Origin: Patescibacteria group bacterium
GTDB taxonomy: Bacteria; Patescibacteriota; Patescibacteriia; Magasanikbacterales; UBA922
DNA: 64,000 bases
Direction: 5' to 3'
Assembly: GCA_041651535.1 (NCBI GenBank)
Contig: JBAZIZ010000002.1
Span: 82,059 to 146,058 of the forward strand
This document shows positions 9,570-20,400 of this stretch, in pieces. Both the position numbers and the translations under genes were made by a program. The notes beneath the pieces are model-generated. The model searched no databases. It was not told the DNA's origin and was given only the letters and a program-made list of their open reading frames with translations. How positions within the stretch are numbered: position 1 is the first letter of the stretch; each line of letters starts with the position of its first letter.

Positions 9570-10187
9570 TTATGGATTGGCTATTAACAATAATGTAACT
9601 GTCTGACTATAATTTCCGTAAGTTGAAAATTCACTTATTGAAGCTCTTAAATTTAAATCTACATCTGTAGAAAGACTTGGGCTATTTAAATTATATAAAG
9701 TTTGATTAGCTAATAAAGGTAAATCTGGACCACCGTTTACTGAAAAACCTATTTCTTCTTCTCCAATACTAACATCACCACTTAAAGATCCAAAACTATC
9801 ACCACTTACCGAAGATATCTTTAGTGTACAACCATTTGTTAGATCAGTAGAAATATTTACAGTTGTACTGGCTGATGAAATTGATGATGTACTTAGAGTT
9901 GCTAAATTTAAATCATCTAATCCAGTAATCGTTAAAGACAAAAGTGGACCATTTTCTAAATCCATAGCTTGAAAACCAGCTTTAATTTCATAAATACCAG
10001 AAGAAGCTGAGATTCCAGTTGCTAATTCACCAATTGTATCTGTAAGAACATAATCTCCAACTGAGCTATGGGCACCCCCAACATTTATACTATCAGCAAA
10101 AATCGTAAAATTAGTTGAAGTCATGGATCCAAAAGCAGACAAAGGGAAAAAAGTAATTAAAAGAAAAAATAAATATTTTTTAAACAT
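9570..10187 (-). CDS. Secreted Ser/Thr-rich beta protein (CPR 'MTSTNF...DSIN-GG' type; WxL-like C-terminus)
   Basis: Signal peptide. Ends 'GNYSQTVTLLLIANP', similar to the G-x-Y-x-x-T-x-T-x-x-L terminus of WxL/CsuA-like subunits. Confidence 0.5.
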   Translation of the reverse strand: MFKKYLFFLLITFFPLSAFGSMTSTNFTIFADSINVGGAHSSVGDYVLTDTIGELATGISASSGIYEIKAGFQAMDLENGPLLSLTITGLDDLNLATLSTSSISSASTTVNISTDLTNGCTLKISSVSGDSFGSLSGDVSIGEEEIGFSVNGGPDLPLLANQTLYNLNSPSLSTDVDLNLRASISEFSTYGNYSQTVTLLLIANP

Positions 10188-10271
10188 TTGTTCAAATTAA
10201 AATAGATAAATTTTACAAATAAATTATATCATAAATTATATCTGAAGTCCAAATATTTTTGCTATTTTAAT

Positions 10272-10511
10272 AAAAACAAAAAGACTCCGTTTAGAAGCGG
10301 AATCTCTTTGTTTTTTTGAACTTATTTGAAGTTTTTTTTACCTGTGTCCAAGAAGATGTATTCTAGGTCAAAAGCGAGCCGTAGCCTGCTACAAGCCTAC
10401 AACACATCTCCATGCTTGTCGTGGACTCAGGATATTATTTTTTATTTATAAAACTCAATATTCTAAGCACGACTTTTGAAAAATTTTAAAATAATACAAT
10501 CAATTAATTGA
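10272..10511 (-). ncRNA. Candidate structured ncRNA (~240 nt), family unknown
   Basis: TTGACA(10546-10541)-N17-TATTAT(10523-10518). GC-rich long hairpin at 10341-10431. Strong terminator at 10272-10313. Confidence 0.5.
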
Positions 10512-10569
10512 CCACTCATAATAACAAAAATATTGGCTTTTGTCAATAGTAGTGCTGTGTATAAAATAA

Positions 10570-10596
10570 AAATTGGCTTATTTTAGCCAATTTTTT
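10570..10596 (-). terminator. Intrinsic terminator after the VanW-family gene
   Basis: AAAATTGGCT-TATTTT-AGCCAATTTT hairpin. Confidence 0.7.
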
Positions 10597-10601
10597 TTGT
10601 T

Positions 10602-12593
10602 TTAATTCTTAATTTCACCTTCTAAACTTGAATTTATTTCTTCACTATTTGAATTATTTTCTTCATTTTGGACTTGATCTGTATTTGTAATTTCTTCAGT
10701 ATTTTTTTCCTCTACTCCCAGTAAACACATTTTAGCTAGTGGACGGTAATAACTTTCATAAAGTGTCTCTTTTTTTTCTTTATTTGGCAAAATTCTTGTA
10801 TAAACAAAAGAAGCTTTTGCCCCAATATATTCGTGTTGGCACTCCATTACTCCTGGTTTTAAATCAGTAGTTTCAATTATTTTTTCTTCACCCGGTTGAA
10901 ACCATTCAGAAACAACTGGTGCACTATAATACCCCTGACGTCCATCATTTGTTCCCCAAAAAGTAAAAGACAGTTCATTTATTCCTAAATCTATGTTAGC
11001 TGTAATTAAAATATGTTTTCCAGTATCATTTAAAAATCTAAAATCTGGATGGGGCTCATAAATAGTGGCATCAGTTCCTGGCAAACCATTTCTAGCGTCA
11101 TTATAGTAAGAAACTACTAGAGAATGGTTTCTTCTTTCAGTAATTTCCAAACCAGAATTCATAGCTGTTCTAAACATTGTGGAACCAACCTGACATAGAC
11201 CACCACCAATTTCTGGCACTACTCTATCGCCTTTTATAACTAATTCTGGATAATAACCAGCTTCAGAAGTAAAAGGACTTAAAGCATTTACTAGAGAAAA
11301 TTCTTCTCCCGGTTCAATAATTAAACCATTTAGTTTATTATAAGCAGCATTTTTTATATTTTTTATTCTTAAATCGCTACTGCCTTTAAAATTTGAATAG
11401 CCGATTCCTAAAATTTCAGAAATTCCCAAATCATTTACTTCAGCAGTTTTAATTTTTGGCTCTATAGTATTTATAACAACATTAACTATTTTTAGAATAC
11501 CATTATCATTATAATAATTTCGAGAAATAAAAGCATTTTTTATAGCTTCAATTGTTTCGTCCAATTCTATCTTTATTCCTGGACGAGAACCTTGAAATTT
11601 ATTAACTTTATTTCCTTCGCCAAGTTCAAATTTTGCGTCCTGCGCTTCTACATTTACAATTGGGGCAATATCAGATTCTAAAAAATTTAAAAGTTTTTCT
11701 TCATCCAAAGAATAAATTACTTTTTCTTCAGTATTTTTTTCTAACAAAATCATTTCTTGTAATTCTTCTTGACTTAAATACCAATTATATTCTTTTTTAG
11801 TATGTGGATCATTATATAAAATATCTATTCGTCCATAAGAAAAAATCCTAGTTAGATCACTAATAACTGTTAAGATATCATTTTCTGAAATATTGGCTTT
11901 TCTTTCAAAAGTTTCTATTTTAATTTCTGGACTTTTTAAGATTGTCCAATCACTCAAAATTTTTCCTGCAACTTTTTCATAATTAAAAGTGACCCCAGCC
12001 GTAGAACTGCTAATTTGGTAATCAAGAGGATTAGTTGATTTTATCAAAATTTTTGCATCAATTGGCTCACTGATATAAGGTTTAACCAATTCTTCAATTT
12101 TTAAAAACATTTTTTGTTTTTGTAAATTAACAGTTTGTAGAGATAAATGAGGACAAGAAAATCTAGTAAAAACAGTGGACACAATATTAGATAAAAAATT
12201 ATCAGTTTTTCTAAATGATAAAAAATAATCACTTTCTTTTCTGATATCAATATCAATCAAATTTTCCACAATATCTTCCGTAGCCGCATTTGGATATAGA
12301 ATTATTTTCTCTTCTTTTCCATTTATATCAAAATAAAATTCAATTCCATGATCTGACAATTTTGTTTCCATTTTTTGTAAAAAATCAGTCAATTCTATCC
12401 GATTTAAACCACCAATATTTATTTCTCCAACATAAACTCCTGGTAAAACTTTATCTTTATAAGAATAAGAATAAAAAAACAATAAAGCAAATAGTATAAC
12501 AATCAAACCCAAACTAAACAAAAAAATAAAAAAAACTCTTTTCCAAGAAAATCTTATAATTTTTATATCTTTTAAATTCAAAAAATTAAACAT
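10602..12593 (-). CDS. VanW family protein with putative peptidoglycan-binding (PG_binding_4) repeats
   Basis: N-terminal TM. Motifs 'GGGLCQVGSTMFR', 'ERRNHS', 'GTDATI' and 'DFRFLNDT' are typical of VanW. Confidence 0.85.
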   Translation of the reverse strand: MFNFLNLKDIKIIRFSWKRVFFIFLFSLGLIVILFALLFFYSYSYKDKVLPGVYVGEINIGGLNRIELTDFLQKMETKLSDHGIEFYFDINGKEEKIILYPNAATEDIVENLIDIDIRKESDYFLSFRKTDNFLSNIVSTVFTRFSCPHLSLQTVNLQKQKMFLKIEELVKPYISEPIDAKILIKSTNPLDYQISSSTAGVTFNYEKVAGKILSDWTILKSPEIKIETFERKANISENDILTVISDLTRIFSYGRIDILYNDPHTKKEYNWYLSQEELQEMILLEKNTEEKVIYSLDEEKLLNFLESDIAPIVNVEAQDAKFELGEGNKVNKFQGSRPGIKIELDETIEAIKNAFISRNYYNDNGILKIVNVVINTIEPKIKTAEVNDLGISEILGIGYSNFKGSSDLRIKNIKNAAYNKLNGLIIEPGEEFSLVNALSPFTSEAGYYPELVIKGDRVVPEIGGGLCQVGSTMFRTAMNSGLEITERRNHSLVVSYYNDARNGLPGTDATIYEPHPDFRFLNDTGKHILITANIDLGINELSFTFWGTNDGRQGYYSAPVVSEWFQPGEEKIIETTDLKPGVMECQHEYIGAKASFVYTRILPNKEKKETLYESYYRPLAKMCLLGVEEKNTEEITNTDQVQNEENNSNSEEINSSLEGEIKN

Positions 12594-12595
12594 AA

Positions 12596-13048
12596 TTATT
12601 CATCAATAACTTCTATTTTGATTTTTGTTTCAGTTTTTTTTATTGGAATACTTATTTGTAAAATTCCATTTTGATATTTAGCTTTTGCTAAATCACCTTT
12701 TACTTCTAAAGGTAGAACTATTGTCCTAGAAAACATCCCCCAAAAACATTCGCTATAAAAAAATTCTATATTTTTTTCTAAAGCCAAAGGATTACGACGA
12801 AAACCACGAACAGTCAATAAATCATTATGAATAAAAACTTCAATTTTTTCTGCTTCAGCTCCAGACATAGTTGAAATAATATATAAATTTTTGTCATCTT
12901 TTGCAACATCCACAGCCAATTTACCTTCATCATGGTTTGTTTTTAGATCACTAACTGGATAATTTATTTTTTGAGCCATGCTTTCGGTATCAGTTTGATT
13001 ACCTTTTTCCAAAATCATAGCAAAAATATCATTGTCATTATTATTCAT
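12596..13048 (-). CDS. Hsp20/alpha-crystallin small heat-shock protein
   Basis: 'ECFWGMFSRTIVLP...AKYQNGILQISIP'. Confidence 0.9.
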   Translation of the reverse strand: MNNNDNDIFAMILEKGNQTDTESMAQKINYPVSDLKTNHDEGKLAVDVAKDDKNLYIISTMSGAEAEKIEVFIHNDLLTVRGFRRNPLALEKNIEFFYSECFWGMFSRTIVLPLEVKGDLAKAKYQNGILQISIPIKKTETKIKIEVIDE

Positions 13049-13163
13049 ATAATAAAATTTATATTTTTATTATAACACAAAATATAGCGAAATGTCGAAA
13101 AATAAAAGCCGAAAGTCTAATCTAGAATCTTAATTCTAAAATTTTTATTCTTTTACTAAAAAA

Positions 13164-14093
13164 TTAATTTATCATTTCTTGACAAGATTCTAATTTTTTA
13201 AGTTTAATTTCTATTTTTGCATTTTTTAACATTTCTTGAGCCAAACTATTTGCACTCGGTTTTCTAATCAAAATTTGACTAGCTCTAATTTCTGAATCAG
13301 ATTCTGGATATTCCTCCCCTTTTTTGAAATCAGTCAATTTTACAAAATGATAACCAAACAAACTTTTTATTGCTTCGGGATAAATTTCATTTTTATGTAA
13401 AGAATATAAAACTTTTTCAACTTCAGGCACCATTGTATCTTTTGTAAACCAACCTAAATCTCCGCCTGATTCTGCTTTATCATCTTGACTATATTCTTTT
13501 GCTAAAACAGCAAAATCTTCATTGCTTTTTATTTTTTCAGTAATCAAATTTATTTTTTCAGTAATAATTTTATTTTGTTCTTCATCTTTTGCTAAATTAT
13601 TTTCAACTGCAAGTATCAATAAAGATTCATCAATTACAAAATAACGATAATCAGTTAAACTCAAATTATATTTTTCTCTAATTTGTTTTTTTGCTTCAGT
13701 TTTACTTTCAAACTGACGCAAAAATAAATTATAAGCATTTTCTTTTTCTGCTTTACTGATTTTTATTTCATAAAAATCAGCTTTTTCTTTTAATAATTCG
13801 CGATAAAGCAATTGTTCAAAAACTCGTTCATCTAAATTTTTATCTTGTTTAAAAAAAATCAAATCTTTCAAAAAAATATTTGCATTGGCTAAACGACTGG
13901 CAATTACATAATCTTTGTAATTTACATTTTCTCCATTGACGACTAATACAGATGAAGGAATTATTTTAGACACAAAAAAAGACAAAGAATCTGTTGAAGC
14001 AAAAAAACGCATTCTAATCCAAATGACACTAAAAAATAAAATGACAAGCAAAATTAGAGCAATGGAAATTTGTTTCCAGATTCTTTTATTCAT
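13164..14093 (-). CDS. PrsA/SurA-like parvulin peptidyl-prolyl isomerase
   Basis: N-terminal TM. 'FAVLAKEYSQD...GGDLGWF...FGYHFVK'. Confidence 0.85.
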   Translation of the reverse strand: MNKRIWKQISIALILLVILFFSVIWIRMRFFASTDSLSFFVSKIIPSSVLVVNGENVNYKDYVIASRLANANIFLKDLIFFKQDKNLDERVFEQLLYRELLKEKADFYEIKISKAEKENAYNLFLRQFESKTEAKKQIREKYNLSLTDYRYFVIDESLLILAVENNLAKDEEQNKIITEKINLITEKIKSNEDFAVLAKEYSQDDKAESGGDLGWFTKDTMVPEVEKVLYSLHKNEIYPEAIKSLFGYHFVKLTDFKKGEEYPESDSEIRASQILIRKPSANSLAQEMLKNAKIEIKLKKLESCQEMIN

Positions 14094-14096
14094 AAC

Positions 14097-14471
14097 TTAA
14101 TTGTTTGCTTTTTGTGATTCAGCAATAAGTAAAAGTAATAATTTTTTTACTTCAACTTGTGCTTGAGCTTCGGTAGAACTTTTTGTAAACAAATTCCATT
14201 GTTTCAAAATTTCTTCATTATTTAAAGAACGAACTCTATTTTCTAAATCCAATCTAGTTTCAAAATCAACTTCTTTATCAGTTTGTAAAACTTTTTCAAT
14301 AAAGACTTTCATGAAATCTAAATTTTGATTAGCAATACGAGCTCCGTTCAAAAGACTACTGTCGACTTCAGATTGTCTTTTTGCTTTAGCATAAGCTATA
14401 CCAAATAACACATTTCCCCCTAAAAGGACTACCGCTAAAAGCGAATAGATTATTTTGCCTGTTTTAGACAT
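14097..14471 (-). CDS. Hypothetical membrane-anchored helical protein
   Basis: 124-aa ORF with N-terminal TM, tightly packed in the operon downstream of the giant gene. Confidence 0.7.
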   Translation of the reverse strand: MSKTGKIIYSLLAVVLLGGNVLFGIAYAKAKRQSEVDSSLLNGARIANQNLDFMKVFIEKVLQTDKEVDFETRLDLENRVRSLNNEEILKQWNLFTKSSTEAQAQVEVKKLLLLLIAESQKANN

Positions 14472-14479
14472 ATTAAAAA

Positions 14480-17400
14480 TTATGTTTTAATTTTTTTATT
14501 TTTATGGTTGTAATAATACAATAAAAACAATGAAAAAGCAATCGGCAATACAGTCTTCCAATCTAAATATTTTTTCCAAGTTGCAGCTGGATAAAGTTGA
14601 ATATTTTCAAAAATTGCATCATTAATATCTACTGTAAAATACTCGCCTCGATAATTTTTGTAACCTTTAGCCTTGGCTTCTAAATAATACTCACCTGGAG
14701 TAACTAAGAAAGAATAATCGCCAGTAACTCCGACTGTTTGTGGATTTATTTGTTGATATTTTGTAGCATTCCATAATTCAAATTCTCCGCTAGTTTCATT
14801 TTTTCGATAAAGAGAAACGACAGACCCTTTGACACGCATTTCTTTTTCACCAACTTTTTCATAAACATAACCTTCTGGATCAACAACTGTTAAAAGTCTA
14901 ATTTGTTTTCGTCCAAGTTCAGAATCAATATAATCAAAAACTGTAATAATTTCATATTCACCATCTTTTACTGGGATATCCACAAAAGCTGTATAAATTC
15001 CGTCACTATCAGGATCAGTATATTCAAATTCTTTTAAAACTAATCTTTCTTCAACTGGAATTTCTTTTTCAGCTGTTTCAGCAAAGACAGCTTCTCCAGC
15101 AAAAATATCTGATAAAATTTTATTTAGATTTGAACCAGCAGTTACAGCACTTTTAGCTTGGACAATTCCACTATTTTTATAAACAACATAACCTTTGACT
15201 GAATTTACTTTTGCTTGTGGTTTAACTATGAGTTCAACTGTCGTTCCAGAAATAGTATTAATTTTTTGAATTGGACGTCCGTTTTCATTTATAGCAACTT
15301 TTGTATTTAAATCTAAATCAGCCAAAGCATTTTTTACAAACATTATTTCTGTTGGAATTTGTTTCTTTTCTTCTTCGGATAATTTTGCTAAAGGCAATGA
15401 ATAAGAGAAAAATTCTCCTGTATCTAATTTTGAAGGATCTAAATCAATATTAAATGATGAACTTGAGTTTTCTAAATTTGTAATTTTAATATCTCCGTAT
15501 TTTACAGAACCAGTTGAAGAAATGACTGGGATATTAATTTCAGCAACTCTATTTAAAATAGTAGATGATAAACTAGGTAAAACAAAATTTATATTTTTCA
15601 TTTTGATCATATCAGTCATACGAGCTACACCAGTTTCAGTTAAAGTTGTAGAAAATTCAGGGAATTTTTCTGCTAACAAACGAACTTCGTTTGGTAATGG
15701 AGCTAAAATGAATTTTTTTACTGGAAATAAATTCCATCTTATTTCAAACGCAATTGGAGTAATCTGTGGTACAGCATCAACTAAAGGAATATTTACTGTT
15801 TCAGTTTCTGGCTCTTTTAACCAATCAGAAATTTTATCAACAATATCTTTTATTAATGGCAAATCTGTTATTTCTCCTAAAATTTCAACTCCTAATTCTT
15901 TTGCTTTTAACCATAGATCAGTTTCTTCTGTATTTTTTTCTTCTTCGATAAAATCTTCTTCATTTTCTTTTTCTTCATCATTAATTATATTTTCATTATC
16001 AACATTTACAATCAAAGAATTTTCTTTACCCAAATTTTGAGCTTGATCTTTTGCTTTTACTATTAAAGAATATTTTCCAAATGGTAAATAATTTAAATCT
16101 AAATTCCACTTTCCTTCATTGTCCGCAGAAATTTGTTTTTCACCAGCACCATCAATTTTTACAAAAATCAAACTATTAGCTTCAGTCAAACCAGAAATTT
16201 TAATTTTTTCATGAATACTGTAGCTACTTTTGTAATCAGTAAACGAGATGCTAGGTGGAGTGGTGTCTAAAATAATAGAATTAAAATATGTTTCTGAAGA
16301 TAAACCGCCAACTCTACCAAAAAATCTGACATAAACTTTTTTTAAACCATCACCACCACTTAAAATCCAATCTTTTACTTCAGCAAAACTTTCTTGTGGA
16401 ATTTGATCAAAAGAAATATCATTAGCTATTGCCATATCACTAACATCATTTCCAGCGCTTAAATTTAATTGAACATTTTTATTATTTGTGTATAAAGCTC
16501 CATTATTTATTTTTATACCTAAATTATCTGTACTTGGTCTAACATAGTTAAAAGAAGAACTTCCATCACCACCAAAACTAGGACAAGACTCGGTAGAAAA
16601 ACTATTATTTGCTGACCAACCAGATTCAACATTTTCAAAATTACGAGTTTTAATACGGAAAGAATAATTTACTCCACAAGATAAATTGGATATATTCCAA
16701 ACTGTTGTTGTTGTCCAACCAGAATTAGTTGTAGTTGAATTTATTTCTTCAATATAATATTCAGTACCACTAGGATTATCTCCAGCTGACCAATTTAAAG
16801 TCATTGAATTTTGTGTTGTCGAAGTAGCAGTTATCAAATCTGGAATTTCAGCTAAAGTATAAACAGCAGTGGAAGTTGCAGAAGCTTCTGATCTACCTCT
16901 ACTAGAATTAGCAGCATAAACTTTTACAGAATAAATTGTATTTGGTAATAAATCTTCAACTATAAAACTAGTATTAGTTACATTTATATTTTCAATATCT
17001 TCATGTTCTCCTTCAACAAATTCTAAAACAAATTCTTCAGCAAAATTACTATTATTTATCCAATTAAAGGTAATTGAATTATCTAAAATTGCTGATGGAG
17101 TATTTATAGTTGGAGCTAAAAGTCCTGTATAAATTACAGCGCTTGCTAAATTTTCTGATTCACCAATTTTATTAACACCACGAATACGATATTCATAAGC
17201 AGAATTTACACTGACTACTGTATCACTTAATGAAGAATTAGCATTAGTTGTTGTTGCTAAAACAGACCAAGAATTAAATCCAGAACCATAATTAACTCTT
17301 TTTTCAATCACAAAAGATTTACTATAAATATCTGTTGATAACCATGATAAATCAATCTGTGAATCACTTATATATTCAGCTGAAAAACTATTTGGAATTG

Positions 17401-20400
17401 ACGGCATTACACACAAACCAGTTTCCAAAGTAGATGTTACTGTCCAATCAGTTTCGACATTATCATGATTGCGAGCTTTAATAATATAATCATATGAAGT
17501 TTCACAATCCAAATTATTATCTGTCCAAGAATTATTTGTTATCCACTCACTTTCATCTCCAGTTGTAATATTTTTTACTTTATATTCTGTACTAGAAGGA
17601 TTAGAATTTTGATTCCAATTTAAAGTCAAAGTTTCATCAGTATTTGTAGAAACTTGTATATCAGTTGGTAAAGCAGCAAAAGTATACAAAAGAGTTGAAG
17701 TGTTTGAAGCAGGACTATATCCTCTATCTGATCTCCAAGTATATAAAACAATTTGATAACCAGTATTTGGAGTAAGATCATTAACTGTAAAACTATCACT
17801 AGAAGAATTGATATTTATATAATCTAGATGATTTGAACTAGTAAAATGTAATCTAAATTCAGTTGAAAATAATGCTGAAGAAGTCCAATCCCAAACCATT
17901 GAATTGGCTGACAAAACAGTACTGGTTGTTATTACTGGAGCAGGTAAAGAAGTATAAACTACATTAGAATAAACATAATCACTATTTCCATAAATATTTC
18001 CAGAGTAAACTCTATATTCATAACGTTTATTTCCTGCAGTATTGATATCAGAAAGAATTACAGCATTAGGTGATGTAGTTGCCAAAGTTGTCCAAGAACC
18101 AAAACCACTACCAGTCGTATCTGATCTTTTTTCGACAACATAGTAATCTTCAGCTGAAGAATTATCTGTCCAACTAATGTTAATTTGATTATCAGAAATA
18201 TAACTAGCCAAAACATTTAAAGGCAAATTTGGAGCCGCAATAATTTCTATTGAATCATAACCTGATGCTCCAGAATTTTGGGCAGTAAGAATGACATTAT
18301 TTAAATCATATAAATTATTTATCGATAAATTACCATACCAAATTCCATCATCAGTAAAATCAGATTGGGCAATACTATTTACACTTAAAGAACCGACACT
18401 AGCGGTCAAAGAAGTATTTCCACTTACTTGTTTAGTTATATTATTATAAATATCTCGAGCATAAATAATTGTCTCAAAAGCTAAATCAATTGAAGAAGTG
18501 GCTGGAATAGCGACTAAGAAATTATTTAAAGTTCCCGCAACAGCTGTAAGATTTAAATTATAAGAAGGGTGCGTATAAGAAGTATGAAGTCCATCAGTTG
18601 CTCGTAATAAAACAGTCTCTGCACGATATGGTGTAAAATTACACTGTCCAACTCCATCAACAAAATTTATAGTAGTAATAAGTCCAATATTAACTGGATT
18701 GCCACTTTTGTTTGTACAAGTTGCCTGTACACCAGTCAAAGAATTCGATGGGCCAGTTAAAATAATACTTTTGTCTCCATCATAATCAGTTATTATATTA
18801 TTTTCACCATCACGAATTGTCAAAGTTATAGTTTGAGATTCACCAACATTTTGTGTGTTTGATCCCGTCACAACTAAATGAGTTTCACTAGTTTGAGTTT
18901 GGTCAAAATCTGATAATAATTCAACATTACTAGCAGTTGCTGGAACATGAGATTTTATTCTAAATAAATAAGTTAATGTAGTTGAAGGAATAGTAAAATT
19001 ATAACTTTCTACATTAGCACCGACAGTATTTGTGCCTGGTGTAACTTCGGTAAAATGTTCAGCTGAATCATCAGAATACTCTATTCTAAAACCATCTTCA
19101 TAACTTGAGTTATCATCCCAATAAATATAGATAATATTTTCTTCAGTTTTTATAGCATTAACTCCACTTGGAGCTGCTGGTTTTGTATATTCATAATTTG
19201 AATAAGCAACTGCAGATACAGTACTTCCAGAAGAAGCTGGCGGTTTTACAGTAAAAGCATAACGATAACGATTATTTACATCTATATTTAAATTATCTGT
19301 ATAATTTATAGTTCCAGTAACAGTTTGACTTGGGATAAGTAAAATTGGAGTTGTTGTTATTGCACTAAAACTATTTGTGCTACAAGCTGCTCCATCACAA
19401 CGTTTTAAATCAAAATAATTTGTTACTAAAGCATTATCAACGAAGGTAATATCAAATCTATTATCTGAATATCTAACAGGACTGATAAAAGTTGGAGCTG
19501 TTGGAGTTGTATAAATACCACCTAAAGAATTTATTGGATCTTCAGCATAATCTGAATTAGCAAAACTTCCAATCGTACGTACTCGATATTTATATCTTCT
19601 ATTTGCAACTGTGCTGTAATCAGTATAACTATGAATATTTGTATTAACTTGAGCAACAAAAATCCATGAACCAAAACCAGAACCTTCGTCAACTTGACGT
19701 TCTATCGCATAACCACTTTCAATTGTAGAATTATCTGACCAACTTAAAGTAATTGATTCATTAGAATTACGAACTGAACTAACAGAAGTTGGGGCGTTTG
19801 GAACTCCTAAAACAGTGATATAAGCATTACCATAAATCGTTGTCGAAGAATAACTGTCAAATCCTCTAAATTCTACATTGACTGCTGGTCTTTCTATAAT
19901 ACTTGAAATAACTAAACTAATTGTAGCGATACCATTTTCAAACGAACTATCAAGAATTTGAAGTGGTGAAACAGAACCAGTAGAAACACTAACAGTAGTG
20001 GTGTTAAAAATTAAAGTTGTTGTATTATTCCAAAAATCTTGGGCAATAAGTCTAACAGTTGAAGGAACTGTTGATACTGCTTGTGTTGGTGCAGACACAC
20101 TAAATTTTCTAGCTACATTTGGTTCAACTTTTAAATCCAAATCATAGGCAGGACTTGAAGTTGAAGAAAATGAATCATCATAAACATCAATAGTTGTAGT
20201 AACAGCATTATATAAAGTTGTACTACAAGTAGCAGCGCCATTTATAAATGAAACTGTAGTATTTTCACCAAACATAATATTATTACCATCTTTATCACTA
20301 CAATATAAAGTTGGTTGTGTTCCATCACTAATAAATTTTAAAATTCTGTTACCCGTAAAATATGAAGCATTATTGCCGTTTACATCTCTTAAAGCAATTT

